Notes: generated by a model from the letters alone, not told the origin. Shown: positions 47,636 through 61,070, numbered from the stretch's first letter. The stretch: DNA of 64,000 bases from Bigelowiella natans CCMP2755 (GCA_000320545.1 ADNK01000489.1:62001-126000), one strand, 5' to 3'. Translations and numbers: made by a program.

Positions 47636-50490
47636 CGTGCGTTGGTGCCCGTGTTAAGTGGGTATTTGTGAAAGAAATACGCTCATTGTGGGATATCTTA
47701 CTGCAATATGATGTGCATATATAAAATCATTGTCTATACCTCGTCTTGCAGGATATGAGCCAGGCCAACCTTTGTTAGGAGGATTACAGGGGTGTAAAGC
47801 AGGATAAGAAGCAGAAACATGAAAAGTAGTGAGATTTAATGAAGGCGCAAGAATAATCCCAAACGATACTGGTGGAATTGCTGCTCATGCAATCTCATTT
47901 TCGTAAGTTTCTTTTTGATGACATATGTAGCATATATGTAGACGGCTGCTTGCCTCCGAGTCGATAGATTGGGAAATGTTGGGGTGATGATGAGAAATTA
48001 ACCGCACGAAAAATAAAACTTCACACACACCCTCTGTGGCCGAAACTTGACGCTTGTGCCCCAAACGTTCGCGTAATAAAACTTATTCGGATCAGCCAAG
48101 GAGGAGTGAATAGACCTGGTAGTAGCAGCACAAGGGAGGGGGTCGGTGGAGGTACGACCACCCATTCACACTTATGTTTCTACAATATTGTTGAAGAAAT
48201 ACCGCTTCCTCGTCTACCTGCATAGATCAGCTACTGTATGCCTTCCTTTGCACAACACGATAGCCTAATAATGATGCGGCGGAAATGGTGATGAAAATTA
48301 TTACGAATCACGTCACGCCGAGGAGCATCATCATCCCTTACATTGTTAAGATCCGGGGCTGTCTTTGGTCGTTTGGTGTACACCCGTATCGGTTTGAGAG
48401 CCTGAGCAGTAAAGTTTTACGAACCACTCGCAAGAAAATGAAAATATATGTAATATGCGTGTAAGAAAGAGATGCTTTGTGTGGGGTTCACATCGACGCA
48501 CGTTGTATATCGCCTCCCTCACCCCCTTCATATTCCAGTCCCTGAGAAACGAGTACGCGCGTACGTGAATCAAAGACACGTTATGCACACGATTAAGCTT
48601 AGCAACGAACAAAATAAAGAAAAAAAATAGAAACAAAACAAAGCAATAGTTTGTATTTTTGTATACGTCATCCATGCATTCGTAAGAGCGCATCTAGTTT
48701 TGGAATAGGCGAAACAGTGAATAGATGAACCATATCATCATCATCATCATCATCATCATCATTATCATCATCATAGTCCGCAACGTACTGATTCCATGTC
48801 GACTGAACTTCTCACTATCACGCACTCACCCACCGCACCGACCTATGGCAGGAGATGAGGACGTAGTTTGGTTTCTTTACCAAATTTTCAAACTGCTTAT
48901 AGCTCAGCTTGTCGACCTACAAGAGGAGGAGGAGGAGGAGGAGGAGGAAAAGACGAAGAAGAAGAAGAAAGAACTTTATTCACACCAAATCTTACGTGGG
49001 CAAGTAACCCCCCCCCCCCCCCCCCCCCACACACACACACCAACAACAACAACAACGATTACAACGACAACAACAAGAACAAGCTAACCAAAATACATGA
49101 GCTTACGCGCACGCGATTTCGTGCAACGTATAATGTTGTAAAGCAAAGATGATGAACAGACGTAGCCATCCTCCTCCTCCCTCCGCACCTTATTGCAGAT
49201 GTACAGTGCCGGAATGTATCTAACGGTGGACGTGAAAGCAGAAACATACACACACACACGGTTTAGTAGTAGTATGATGGTGTAGCAATACTCAATGTTT
49301 TGTTCAGTCCCTCTTCCGCGTATCTATCTCTCATATTATATTTATAATATTTGTATGTGTGTGCGTGTGTGTGTGTGTGTAGTAAAAATATATATAATGT
49401 TTTGAGTGCTTCATGTGCATGATATCTCTCTTCCACCCCCCCTCCCCCCCCCGGTCCCACCCCTTCTCCCCCTGTTTCTCTCTCTCGCACGATCTTCGTG
49501 GCAACTCTACTTGATGTTTCCCGTGACTGCATCGATAAAGCGTTCGATTGTGATATCTTTCTCCCTCAACTGGACCTGTGGAAGAAGAAGAAGAAGAAGG
49601 AGAAGAAGAAGAAGAAGAAAGAAGAAGAAAGAAGAAAGAAGAAGAAAGAAGAAAAGGAATCGGGAGAGGAGGACAACACAAATACAGACGATAAGTAAGA
49701 AAGGGGGCACACCCGAAATCTTCCACTGCCTCTCCCCCTCCCCTTTCCTCATGGGACTATCAGAGGTGAAATGGCGGTGACCTCAGCATTTCGTATTCTT
49801 TGATCGGCCAAAATATCAGTTGCCAAATGCTTGAGAAATAGAGAAGAAGTAAGAGAGTGGGAGGGAGGGAGGGAGAGAGAGAGAGAGAGAGGCATAACGA
49901 ATAAAGAGAGAAAGACATAAAAATGGGTATTAAAGCACTACCATCAACTAGCTGCACGCTATTGATGTAACATCTATCGTCCAATACTCATCATCTGCCA
50001 CGGAAGCTGCTCACCTTATCAAAACCCTCGAGGTTAAAGGTTGACGTAAAATGAATCCTACGGAACCACAAAGCACAAAGAGGAAAAGAAACATAAGCGA
50101 CATTTAAAGGTTAGCAGGAAGGAAGTTTACGAGTAGCAATCTGTATTGCGTAGATGTGCGGAGAAGGCCTGTCTTTATGTCTTTTAAAAAACGGATGGAG
50201 AAGGAATAGAGGTAGGAGGGAGGAGGGGGAGGGGGGGGATACACAAATAAAAAAGAAAGATAGAGAAGATAACCCTCCAGAAGCATGCTTGATGATCCGA
50301 ACATCAGGTGGCTCCTAATGCGCGCACATGTAGTAAAGTACTGTTCTTGTCAAACAGGGAAGATCTGTCTATCTCGGCAGATCTTATGAAAGAAACAACC
50401 TAGATTGCTATTACAACCATATATCGGGAACATCTACAAACTCTCCCTCTCCCTCGCCCTCGCCCTCCCCACCCCAACCCACCCAACCCC

Positions 50491-50535
<45 letters not shown>

Positions 50536-50542
50536 CTATTGC

Positions 50543-50590
<48 letters not shown>

Positions 50591-51423
50591 TGTGAGCAGA
50601 GGCAGCCACCTGGTTGAGCCGTATACCCATTGTCTGGAAACAGCAATTGCAGAGCGCAGGATCATACAGCAGCAACAACAACAACATTTAGGAGATCGAT
50701 TGCTTGGTAGTCAGAGAAAGCATCATCAGTAAGGGTTCAAATTGGTCAAACACATATATCATACCATACATGCATCATCACCACACTCACATACACACGA
50801 GAGGCGGCCGCCAGCAGCACCGCAGCACCTCTAATTCGTGCTCGAGCATTTTCCTTTGTTCCTGCGAGTTACGCGTATTTGTCATCTATGTTGTGTGTGG
50901 TGTAGTAGTGCTAATATATGCGCGGGAATGCCCTTGTTGCTACTATGTGCAAAGTGGTATTGATGACTATATATTAATGACTTTGGAGCAGCATGCTGCT
51001 CGTACTTCTACTACCTCTGCTCGCGATGCTTCCATGAATAAAAGGACCTTCATTATCATCATTGACAATGCATTCATATGTTCCGATAATCACTACAATG
51101 TGTCTATATAACAACACACACACACACACACACACACATCTACCACCCTCCTCCACCAACTCAAAAAAAACAATTTATGAACGTTACCTCCCTCCCCACT
51201 TCCCTCTACATTTCTAGCAGCACCGACTATCATCTATCACTAAGAACCAATATGCCATATTACAAGGTCTGCTGTGCGAGCGGCCGCGATGACTTGTCGG
51301 CCCTTTCCCACCCCCTGTGAAGCTCCTTCGATGATACCCTGCTCCCCCAAAAGGCATGAATCAATGGCCATTGAAAGACGTAAGAAGACAAAGAAATGCT
51401 TGCACTATCGAGCCACATATAAT

Positions 51424-51488
<65 letters not shown>

Positions 51489-51771
51489 CCATCGTCCCCC
51501 CCCTTCTCGTAGAAGAAGCACATGGATGAGGGTCGTCGTAGACGCTAATCAACAAATCGATTGACCGGCAAGTCCAATATTTGGATCTCCGCCTGCTTGT
51601 AGCTGAATACTCCGGGAATGCACGTCAGCGTTGTGAACTCGTACCTGAGATGGTGCCGAGAAGCGTCATTAAGGGAAGGAGAAGAAGAAGAAGAAAAAGA
51701 AGAAGAAGAGAAGATTGTCATAGCGACGATGTTGATAATATGATATATTATGATATTGATTTGGCTAAGCT

Positions 51772-51814
<43 letters not shown>

Positions 51815-52625
51815 AGTGTATGTGTGTGTGTATTAGTTATGTTTAAATTGTGCGATACCCAGCTACTTTGGAAGTAGTATTTGTGAGATTTGTTAAGAAA
51901 GTTGATTTTCCCACCTACGACGACAGACACCACCTCAATATTCAACCACAAATCTCAGCGACGAGAAGTCGGTTGCTTGCTCTCTCCATTAGCCTACACA
52001 CCACGTCCTGCTGCCCCCTATTGCTACCACTAATGACCGATGGAAAGCCAATGAGCGCGACGCGTGCATCCCCGCTCCTCCCGGCCTCGAATCCTCTCTC
52101 CTGATAGAGAAATATATTCATTTGTTCACTTTTTGTAGGGACACTGAATGGTAGAGTATGATGGGCAAAATTTGAATCGGTTTTATAGATCTGGTGTATC
52201 TTACCGCTCCACCCCCTCCGTGCTGCCTTGGGCTGATCAGCTGTGCCCTGATATCGTGATTACACAGAGATGATGAAACAAGAAATGCATGGAACGGTAG
52301 TATGAGTAAGAACAGCAACATTTGCACGTTGATGATGTATCACTATGTATACCTCAGCGCGGCAATTTTGCCTTTGAGCCTACCAAGATGGTACCTAGAG
52401 GAGGGGGGGGGGGGAGGGAGGGGATATTAGCAAGTATGAGCGTACAAATGACTACAAGAGGACAGAAGAGGGGATTAGCACAGGAAGGAGGGGAGGAGGA
52501 GGAGGAGGAGGAGGAGAATAAGAAAGAAAAACACTATCTCTCCTCATATCCTAGGTACTACATACTCCGTAGCTTTGTTCTTCTGAGTCTTGGCCATCTC
52601 TTCTTCAATTTCTTTGATTTTTTGC
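47496..52625 (-). CDS. DRG2: Developmentally regulated GTP-binding protein 2 (OBG family, TGS domain), many tiny exons in microsatellite-filled introns
   Basis: Exons translate to QKIKEIEEEMAKTQKNKATE|YHLGRLKGKIAALR|…SGDARVALIGFPS|VGKSTFL…|YEFTTLTCIPG…ILDLP|GIIEGASQGVGKGRQVIAAARTADL…|IRVYTKRP…|FYYANVWGTSVKFRPQR|VGLAHILQDE|DVVQV…*. The start exon was not located. Confidence 0.9.
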
Positions 52626-53485
52626 TGGATTGAGCGGTTGCAGCCCAGCCGCCCTTCGCCCCCATCTCGGTCCTCATCGCGCCATATCCCCACGAGCACT
52701 ATGAAAACCACCTAATATCGTGTGTAAGGGGGGCTTGGCTGAACGTCTTAATCCATTATTCTTGCTCTGCATCTCATGTTCGAAACACTAATCTAGCAAT
52801 CGGGCAGTGAATAATGCAAGCACACGGAAGGAATGGTGGATGGCCCCGTACCACACTCGCGGTGATAATATGTCGCTGCCTTGCCCCTCTGGGCTCCAGC
52901 ATACTTTGTTGTCCCCTCAGCAGAGTAGGGATGGACACTGCCGGCCCTCCTGCTCGATGAAGGGAAGGGCAGCGCCTGTGCCGAGTAGTAGCAGCGGTCA
53001 GTCTCCTCCCGAAACAAGGAAGGAGTCAGTTGTTTCCAGGGCCAAAAATGGTCCAGATCAGTTGTCCCATCCTGTCCTTTTTTCACCCTGAGAATTACCG
53101 ATATCCGAGCTTCAGAGTTGCCTTTGCGGAGGAGCGAAGGCCGATGTCGCATGCTCCCAGGGACGCTGTTGTTCATATTTTTCTTCCTATCAGATGTTTT
53201 GGGGTCTAATTGCGATCTACAGGGAACTTGCCCCCCAGCTCCTGCAGATACGGCTTCCTGGCAACTCGAAGCAATGGGCGACAAGAAGTTAGAGTTACGG
53301 ATGATCTTTAGTTGTTGCACTGCTGATGATTGATCCTTTACATGCTGCTTTGATTGTAGCGTATGGTGTACGTCGCGAAACAAATCGTATGGAAGTATGT
53401 ATGAGAGGAGGAGGAGGAGAGAGGAGGAGAGGTGGAGAGAGGAGATCTTGGGATATTGATGAGTTATTGGTTGATTGATGTGCAG

Positions 53486-53946
53486 GACTCCCGATAAGGA
53501 GCGTGGCAACTTTTTGAGCACCGCAGAACGGATGCGCGCAGCGCTCGCCAAGAGCTCCTTTGACCCTGAGGATATGGTTGTGAAGCAGGCAAGTTCCAGC
53601 TGCAGCAAGCTAATCATCGCACCCTCTTCCTGCCTAGTAGACAGGCGTCATCTGGGGGGGGGAGGGGGGGGGTGGGGGCTAGGCTAGCAACCCCGTGACT
53701 GCTCACATCGTAATGCAGTCCTTACGACGCTTTTAAGTGTGTTTTTGCTTTCTTCTTCCCCCCCCCCCCGCAATTGCAGGAGATATTAGTGATGATCCGG
53801 CAGTATCTTCTGGACGAAGGTTATCGCTCAACAGCAATGATTCTACAAGATGAAGCTAAGATGAAGACCGCCAAGCGGAGGGAGCTTGATAGGCTACTGC
53901 AAAAGATACAGTCCCGCATATTAGGTTAGCGTTGTTGTTGCTGCTG

Positions 53947-53977
<31 letters not shown>

Positions 53978-54309
53978 GACGCTACCTTATCGTTAAACAA
54001 GGAGGATGGGCGGATAATCATGGCTACCCACTCACTGTATTCACTTCTTCTCCTTCTTCTTCTTCTTCTTCTTCTTCTTCTTCTTCTTCTTCTTCGTCTA
54101 CTACTACTACTACTACTACTACTACTATTTTAGGCGGAAACTGGGACAATGTGGAGAAGCTCCAGGTTGAGCTTCAACGAGTGGGATCGCCCCTGGGGTT
54201 AGCGGAGACGTGCAGATTCCTCCGCTACGAGATCTACAAGCAACAGTTTCTAGAGCTTATTCACTTACAGGTGAGCGTGCTTGATGGTGTCCAACACTGC
54301 ACTCAGAAG

Positions 54310-54348
<39 letters not shown>

Positions 54349-57207
54349 TTTGTGTGTGTGTATGTGAAATAGCAGCTAGTAGAAGGAAGCTAGGTGACTA
54401 GGAGGCGGAGGATATAGTACGGGACAAGTCCACACTCAAACCCACACTCATGCTCACACGCGTATCATTATTAAACTGTGCGTGGCATGTTTGTGAATAT
54501 ATCTTAAGGATTATCCCAAAGCCTTCGTTGTGCTGAAGAAGCGGCTCAAACCGATGGAGGCAGTGTCGAGTCGGAACCCGCCTGAGGAATTCCAAGATCT
54601 GTGCTACCTTCTAACGTGTTCGCAGGTTTGTGAGGCGCCCACCTTCAAGCACTGGATCTCGGTACGACGACAAGAAGAGTATTGATGATAACAGTGATCG
54701 TTGGGCGATGACGGTGGGGAGGAGGAGGAGGAGGAGGAGGAGGAGGAGAAGGAGTATGATGGGGGTATGATGCATGTATGTAATCATAGTTGGTGATAAT
54801 GATGATGATGCAGAAAATGCCAATCCATCCAAACCTGAAGAACTCGTCGATAATGGTCTTGCCACCCCCTAGATCTCAGACGCGCGCGAGCGCCTGGTTG
54901 CACGGGTCCAGAGGTTGTTCGTAAGCTGCACAATGAGGAATCAAGCAGCAGGGAACAATAACAGCAGCAATGACTTCTTCTTCAATGGAGGTGGATCGGC
55001 TGCTGCTGGTGGAACTACATCAGCAGGAGGAGGAGGAGGAGGAGGAGGCGCTCTTGACCTTGTAGGATTGCGACGATCGTCCTCTAGCTCTTCAATGGCA
55101 TCTGCCACCCATGCTGGCAGCAATGGTGGGCACGCTGCAGCAGGTGGCGATGGAGGTGTTAGTTCCACTGTTGCTGCTGCATTGGCTGCGAAGCGAAATT
55201 GGCAAATGACAGAGGACAAGATGCCTCGAGGGCGCCTGGTGACCCTCCTCCGTCAGGCTGTTGCGTACCAGATCGAGACATCGAGACGTCGCTTTCGGCA
55301 AGGCATGAAGGCCTCGAGCAACAGCTTACTTAAGGACTTTTCTTGCTACAAGGTCCCGAGCAGGCCTCACCGGATATATCACAACTACTACTACTACCAT
55401 CTTCAGGTAGTAGCAGCAGCGCAACTTGATGACACATGCATGCATATACACGTACGAATACATAAACACACTCTCTAGTGCTGCCATTACATCAATGTCG
55501 TTATCGGTGCACTAGTCACCTCAACTCACCTCTTCTCCTTGCTTTTCATTTCCCTTTCACTTCCTCCTCTTCCCCCTCCTCCTGCATCCCCACCAGGATC
55601 CTGCTTCTCTGCCGTCAACCTCCTCCTCCTCCTCCTCCTCGGCAACACAACCGTCGTCATCGTCGCCGTCGTCGTCTTCACCGCCATCGTCCACTCTCCC
55701 TCGATCAGGCTCGCGTCGGCATCGTCCCCTTGCTGATGGTTCTTCATCTTCCTCTTCAAGCTGTTTGCGTCGTCCTTCCTCCGGTGCTGCTGCTGCTGCC
55801 GCTGCTGTTAAGGCCGTGGCCTTCTTAGGCGACGAAGGTGTGCGGTTAGCGTCCGGTTCATCTGACCGGTGTATCCGTATATGGGACACAAAGACGGGGG
55901 ACTGCTGCCACACTCTTACCGCACATGCAGCCAAAGTGTGGGCCATTGCAAGCGATGGCACGGGCGATTTCCTCGTATCAGGCGATGCGAGTGGCGTTGT
56001 CCGCGTGTGGGGAGGCCGCCTCAAAAGCAGTAGCAGCAGCACACCACGAGAATCATTATCATCAATGCAAACACCGACAAGGATGAAGACTTCTTCTTCT
56101 ACTAAGACAAAGGGAGCGACGGTAGCAGCTACAGCAGCAGCAGCAGCAGCGGAAAGTGGGATCGTATCCTTGAGACATTCGTTTCATGACCGAGCAGTCT
56201 ATTCACTCGCCATTCCAGGGCAAGGGAGAAAGCAGTTGAGTTCAATAGATAAGAGGAGGAGGAGGAGGAGGAGGAGGAGGAGAGGGATAGGGTTGGAGTA
56301 GCAAGTCAGCAGAAGGAGGCGATTGTCCCACATGCTATCACCGCCTCAATCAACACCCACCTTAGTATTGTAGATAGAAATGCAGCCCTGCGGTCTTTTC
56401 ATCCCCCTACCTTTCGAGTGGAGAAGACGGAAGGGGGGGGGGCAGGGGGGATGCCTGTAGTCATTGAGGCCACGAGTCTTTCAAATTAATACGCCTTCGT
56501 TGCTGTTGCTATCAGTCGTTGCCGCCACCGTCATCGTCTATGCACATGATTATCGCATTTCTTCTTGTCGGAGTGAGTAACAGATAGTAATACATGCGGA
56601 TTTGTTTATCAGGTGCTACGTTTCTGGCGGTTACGACAAGTATTTGCGGCTGGTCGATGTGCGTAGCTCCAAGGTCATCAGCAGCCTCAAAGGCCACAAA
56701 GGCCTCATCTCCTCGGTCACCTTCGATCAAACGGGTAACCTCATCGTATCAGGCTCCGCTGACTGCTCTGTGCGCCTTTGGGACGCGCTTAGTGGTACGT
56801 GTACGCGGACGATCGGTTCGAATCTCGGAGAAATCTCGAGTGTGTCCATCAGTGGAAACAACGTTTACGTGCTCTCCTCCTCGAAGGACAACTCTTTGCG
56901 ATTGTGGGACGTGCGGCGCACGGGATGCTGCGTGCGCAGATATACCGGGTCTCAGAATACGTGGAAGAATTTTATCAAATCATGCTTTGGCCCTGGGGAC
57001 GATGTCATCGTGAGCGGCTCCGAGGACGGCTGCGTGTACATGTGGGATAGGGAATCAGGCCAGCTCATTCAACGTCTTAATGCGGTTCATGACGATATCG
57101 TATACGATGTTAAGTGGAACAATGCCGCAGGGCTGCTGGCGACATGCTCACATGATGGCACGGTCAGGACATTTGAAGACGACGACGGCTCCCTGACACA
57201 GCAGTAA
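53486..57207 (+). CDS. LisH-CTLH-WD40 repeat protein (WDR26/SMU1-like architecture), multi-exon
   Basis: EILVMIRQYLLDEGYRSTAMILQDE (LisH); GNWDNVE…RYEIYKQQFLELI (CTLH); WD40 repeats LASGSSDRCIRIWD, IVSGSADCSVRLWD, SGSEDGCVYMWD. The start probably lies further upstream (~52870-53400). Confidence 0.85.
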
Positions 57208-57229
57208 CGGCAAGCAACATCAGAAATGC

Positions 57230-57540
57230 TGCTGACGATGTTACAGTTAGAGATGAAAGGATTGCATGCTGACGAGTGTTGCTGATTTATGTACTATTTT
57301 GTGTCCGGGCACTGTCGCTCTGTCGCTCTAATGTGTTCGCTAGTTTTTGTTGGCATTTCGTCCAAGATCTTGCTGAAAGGAACGTGATCTGCACATGTCG
57401 TTGTCGTGCATGCACTTAGCTTGCTCTCATCGCTTGTGATCACAATTTTTCGATACGCTAGGATGCAAGTCATGTCATGTATGTGAGCGGCGGAGCAGCT
57501 AGCGCGACAGACTAGCAGATTCAGTCCTGCCAGCTATCAA
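57230..57540. other. Short CTAG/GCAT-rich degenerate spacer between convergent genes
   Basis: gcatgcac, gtcatgtcatg, gctagcg, actagc. Confidence 0.5.
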
Positions 57541-57541
57541 G

Positions 57542-57886
57542 CTATGCACTGGCATAATTTCTTTTCTGTCCCTTTCGCTTTCCTATCTCTACATTCATTG
57601 CCGATTTCTTGGCTTTAATTACAAAAAGACCTTCTTCCCCCTCTTCTTCATCGGAGTTGCGAGGAAAGTGCCTTCTCCTTCTTTCATCGTCATCGTCATT
57701 ATCTTCATCGTCACTATTACCGACTACAGAAAATAGGGTTCTTTTTGTGTCGTCATGGTACTCTTGGTTGTGGTCGAAATTTTCCTTCACCATTTCTGGC
57801 ATGATTGATGCAATGCGCATCGGAAACCGATTGTAGTGCACCTGCTCATTCATTTGAGCTCGGGCGGTTCCAAATGAATCTATCAC
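57542..57886 (-). CDS. Hypothetical small acidic protein (possibly with an upstream exon)
   Basis: 114-aa ORF with an acidic tract and a basic C-terminus; coding-like composition. Confidence 0.45.
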   Translation of the reverse strand: MIDSFGTARAQMNEQVHYNRFPMRIASIMPEMVKENFDHNQEYHDDTKRTLFSVVGNSDDEDNDDDDERRRRHFPRNSDEEEGEEGLFVIKAKKSAMNVEIGKRKGQKRNYASA

Positions 57887-58182
57887 GCTTTACGATGATG
57901 GCGGCAGTACGTAGAAGCTCGAGGCATTGATACATCGCATTTGAGCTCATTTTTGCTTTGCGGCCACATGAAAAGTCTAAGTGTGTACGTGCAGTGCACA
58001 CATGTGTTGTTTGTAAGTGTGCGTGCTAAATTTAGACGCCTGCTGCTTTGCGTAGCTTATTACCAAATGTGTCATTATGCGTATGCGTTGGATTACAACT
58101 TCAATGGCGAGATTTTTGGTTCACAATGCTGTTTACTATTGCATAACGCAAGAAAGGTCAAATAAAAGATTCCGTTCACAAG

Positions 58183-60096
58183 TTAATTTTGCATTCCAGT
58201 GATAAAATGTGTAGGAGGTAGCTGGAAATCATCGTTGTTTTTAGATTCTAAGTACTGCTGAAGAAGCATCTTGAGCTCTCCATTTGTTTTGAGGAGCTCG
58301 TTAGTTTCGTTAATGTCATCCTGTCTATTTTTCAGAAGTTTATTGTAGCGGAATAGCCCCTTCTCAAGTGCAGCCCAAGTTCTCTCGCTTCGCTGTGGCA
58401 AGCAGTTTTTGAGATTGTCCCAAAATTGAATGTCTTTTTTGTCGCGGATAGTCTTTAATGTACGCTCCCTCCCCACACCAATTTTGGAATTATCAAATAT
58501 GAAGGATCGCACTAGGCTTACAACCTCGCCTGAATCAACCTTCACTGCAGTTTCCTTGTGAGATTCAAAGAAAAGGCCGCACAGTCTTTCTAAATCGCCG
58601 CGATCTCGGAGACCAATGCTTGATAGGATAGCGTTTGCCTTGAGCAACTGTGTTTCTGCCAGGGAAGCGGTTTTACACGCTTCTAATGTGTTGCTGTCTA
58701 TGAGGAATTGACACTCTTTCGCCAGAAGAGTCATGACTGTTCGAATGTGCTCATTTGTATATTTATATACGGGCTTTGCACCGACAGTCTTTTTCTCATC
58801 CGCTTTCTGTTTCGTATTCTTTTCACTAATTTCAGAATGCTTCTTTACTTTCTCATAGGTTTCTGGCAACTTCCATGGCTTTCCAAGAATTTGGTCGTGG
58901 ATTATTCGGTCAGCTGTCATCACTTTATCTGCTAGCTTGAGGACACTTTTCTTGTTCATTTCGAACACATCTTGATAACGCTTTTCATCAAGATATTCAA
59001 AGTGTCTATACTTCTTTTGAAGATCTTTGAATTTCTCTGTTATTCTCCTGTAATCCGCTGTAAGCTTGGCATTTTCTCCTTTAAATTTCTCGTCCTCCTC
59101 TCGATACTTCGCAGTATATTTGCTTAGCTGATCTTGCAATTTATGAATTTTCTTGCGGAATTGATCTACAGTTTGTCGGTTCTCCGCGTCTCTTTCCTTA
59201 AGAATATGCAGATTGTATTCGAGTTTCTGGATATTGAGCTGATAGGTTGCTCGCATTTCTTCTAGCTGCTGTTGAAGCATCTGAATGTTCGCTTCAAGAG
59301 TAACCTTAAGGTTGTTATACTCCTCCTTAGATTTTAAGCGAAGAGTTCGTATCTCGTCATAATACTGATCTTCTTTTCCTTCAGCATCCTTCAAAACCGC
59401 ATTTTCTCGCTTCATGCGGAGATCGAAGAGTTCATTAAGTTCAGCCTGATTGTCCTTAAGAAGCTTTGTACGTTCCTCACTGAAGGATTCTTCGATTTTT
59501 TTCAGTTCCTTTTCATATTCGAGATAGAGGCCACGGAATTCAGATTTCATAGATGTGAGGGTCGCTCCCACATCTTCTACATTTGATTGCAAGCGCTTGG
59601 TGTACTCTTCATCCCTCTTGACCAACATGTTCTCAAGTTCCCTTATAAGAGCAATTTTGGCCTGATCCAACACAGAACATTCCTTCTCTTTTTCTTTCAA
59701 TGCTTCTTCTAATTCCATAGGTGTCTTGATGTTGCTTAACACAGCCCATCCCTCCTCGAGGTTGGCGTTCTTAATATCACTTTGGTTTAGAGCCTCATCT
59801 ATTTTCTCACGAGTTGCAGTGATAGCACCTATTTCTGCTCGTCGCCTTTTCATTTCTGTATATTCTGCATCAGTTTTGATGTTGGTGACAGCATCCACCG
59901 CCTGGTCGAATGCTTGATCCACAACATTACGACTAATTTTGATCTGCTGTTTGGAGCTCCTGAGTTCGTTGATGTCGTTCGATGCTGAAGACTCACCCTG
60001 GCCCTTGGCCTTTGCATGCTTCTTCTTTTTTATTGCCTCAATTCTAGCCCGCCGCCGCGCAATTCGGGCTTCCCGATCCCGATCTTCGCCTTCCAT
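58183..60096 (-). CDS. DRC1: Dynein regulatory complex protein 1 (CCDC164/NYD-SP28 family), intronless
   Basis: 637-aa coiled coil with REARIARRRARIE, QQLEEMRATYQLN..KLEYN…ERD.EN, LTADYRRIT..FKDLQKK..HF and C-terminal LL.QYL…N.D..LPPT. Confidence 0.9.
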   Translation of the reverse strand: MEGEDRDREARIARRRARIEAIKKKKHAKAKGQGESSASNDINELRSSKQQIKISRNVVDQAFDQAVDAVTNIKTDAEYTEMKRRRAEIGAITATREKIDEALNQSDIKNANLEEGWAVLSNIKTPMELEEALKEKEKECSVLDQAKIALIRELENMLVKRDEEYTKRLQSNVEDVGATLTSMKSEFRGLYLEYEKELKKIEESFSEERTKLLKDNQAELNELFDLRMKRENAVLKDAEGKEDQYYDEIRTLRLKSKEEYNNLKVTLEANIQMLQQQLEEMRATYQLNIQKLEYNLHILKERDAENRQTVDQFRKKIHKLQDQLSKYTAKYREEDEKFKGENAKLTADYRRITEKFKDLQKKYRHFEYLDEKRYQDVFEMNKKSVLKLADKVMTADRIIHDQILGKPWKLPETYEKVKKHSEISEKNTKQKADEKKTVGAKPVYKYTNEHIRTVMTLLAKECQFLIDSNTLEACKTASLAETQLLKANAILSSIGLRDRGDLERLCGLFFESHKETAVKVDSGEVVSLVRSFIFDNSKIGVGRERTLKTIRDKKDIQFWDNLKNCLPQRSERTWAALEKGLFRYNKLLKNRQDDINETNELLKTNGELKMLLQQYLESKNNDDFQLPPTHFITGMQN

Positions 60097-60339
60097 CAGT
60101 GCTGGATGGGTAAGGATTCAGGGGGAGGGGACTTGGCTTATTGGCTACTTGGCTACGGCTAGACTTGTCGTAATTAATAAAAACCCAGGAGATTTTACAT
60201 TGTCACAGATCCAAATTCATTGTCGCATGTGAAGACTGTCCTGTGATTATCCATATCAGTTTCAGTTTCTCAAGCTGCCGTTTCGCTCAATCAGCTCCAG
60301 TCTTGTTCTCCTTCTTCTGCAAGTCCCTTTCATCAGATA

Positions 60340-61070
60340 GTTCCTGGTTGATTTTGTGATCTTCTCTGATGCGCCACATCTGATCGAAAATTGTGTCCTG
60401 ACAAGTCAGTCGCAGGGACAAAACACACACCAGTTTGCATGAACCCCGCTAGTTTGCTGGTAAGTCCTCTCTGAAGCCAGTTCGAGGCACTGCATTTCGT
60501 GCATTGCAAGTGTCTCATCACACTTTGGATGTGTGGTTTTTCATCATTGTTCTCATTGTTCTCATTGTGCCAACTCCATGGGGCAACAACGTGCTCCCAT
60601 TTAAACAATTCACCTTCTTCTTCTTCTTTCAAAGGTCTTTCATGTTTGACGTTTTGGAAGCTAGTGCAGTTCATCGTCATTGTTCATTGTTCATTCTTCA
60701 CGTTTCCTTCTTCTTCTTCTTCTTCTTCTTCTTCTTCTTCTTTTGTGAGTGCTGCTGATACCCACGAAATTCTGAGCGTTGTGCAAACAGAATCATTGGA
60801 ACAGTCTCAAAAAAATGCACAGTCACAACTGAATCCCTCAATCAAACAACAACGTGTGATGGAAAAAAAGTTGCGATGGAGACTCAGAGGCATCTGCAAT
60901 TGGCCATCTGCCACCCATGCCTGCGGTGCCTGCAGGTGCAGTTTGGATGACAGGTGCAGCGATGCGCTGCCAGTTGATTGGATGATTCAGCGTGTCTCGT
61001 GTGTGGTCCCTTGAACCGCTCCAATGAAAGCACTTCTTTCTTTCTTTTTGGTCGCGGTGCTGAACAGCCT
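60340..61070. mobile_element. TpA-depleted relic of an unidentified repeat or TE
   Basis: About 5 TpA in ~700 bp (two in CTAG); TG/CA rich; spurious ORFs in several frames; no recognisable TE domain. Confidence 0.45.

Larger units (their letters stand above)
39700..56600. repeat. Zone of dense intronic microsatellites ((TA)n, (CA)n, (GA)n, (GAG)n, (GAT)n, (CTA)n, (GAA)n, poly-G/C), interrupted by the Ras locus
   Basis: Dozens of tracts, e.g. 39700-39766, 40280-40314, 40537-40568, 48997-49050, 49581-49655, 50496-50577, 54045-54127. Confidence 0.9.

Noticed and set aside
52793-53617. 274-aa minus-strand ORF
   Set aside because: No recognisable domain. It lies antisense to likely 5' exons and introns of the LisH-WD40 gene and reads through a microsatellite.
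39821-56042. ORFs with poly-M/I/Y/RE/CV/E tracts
   Set aside because: Translations of intronic microsatellites.
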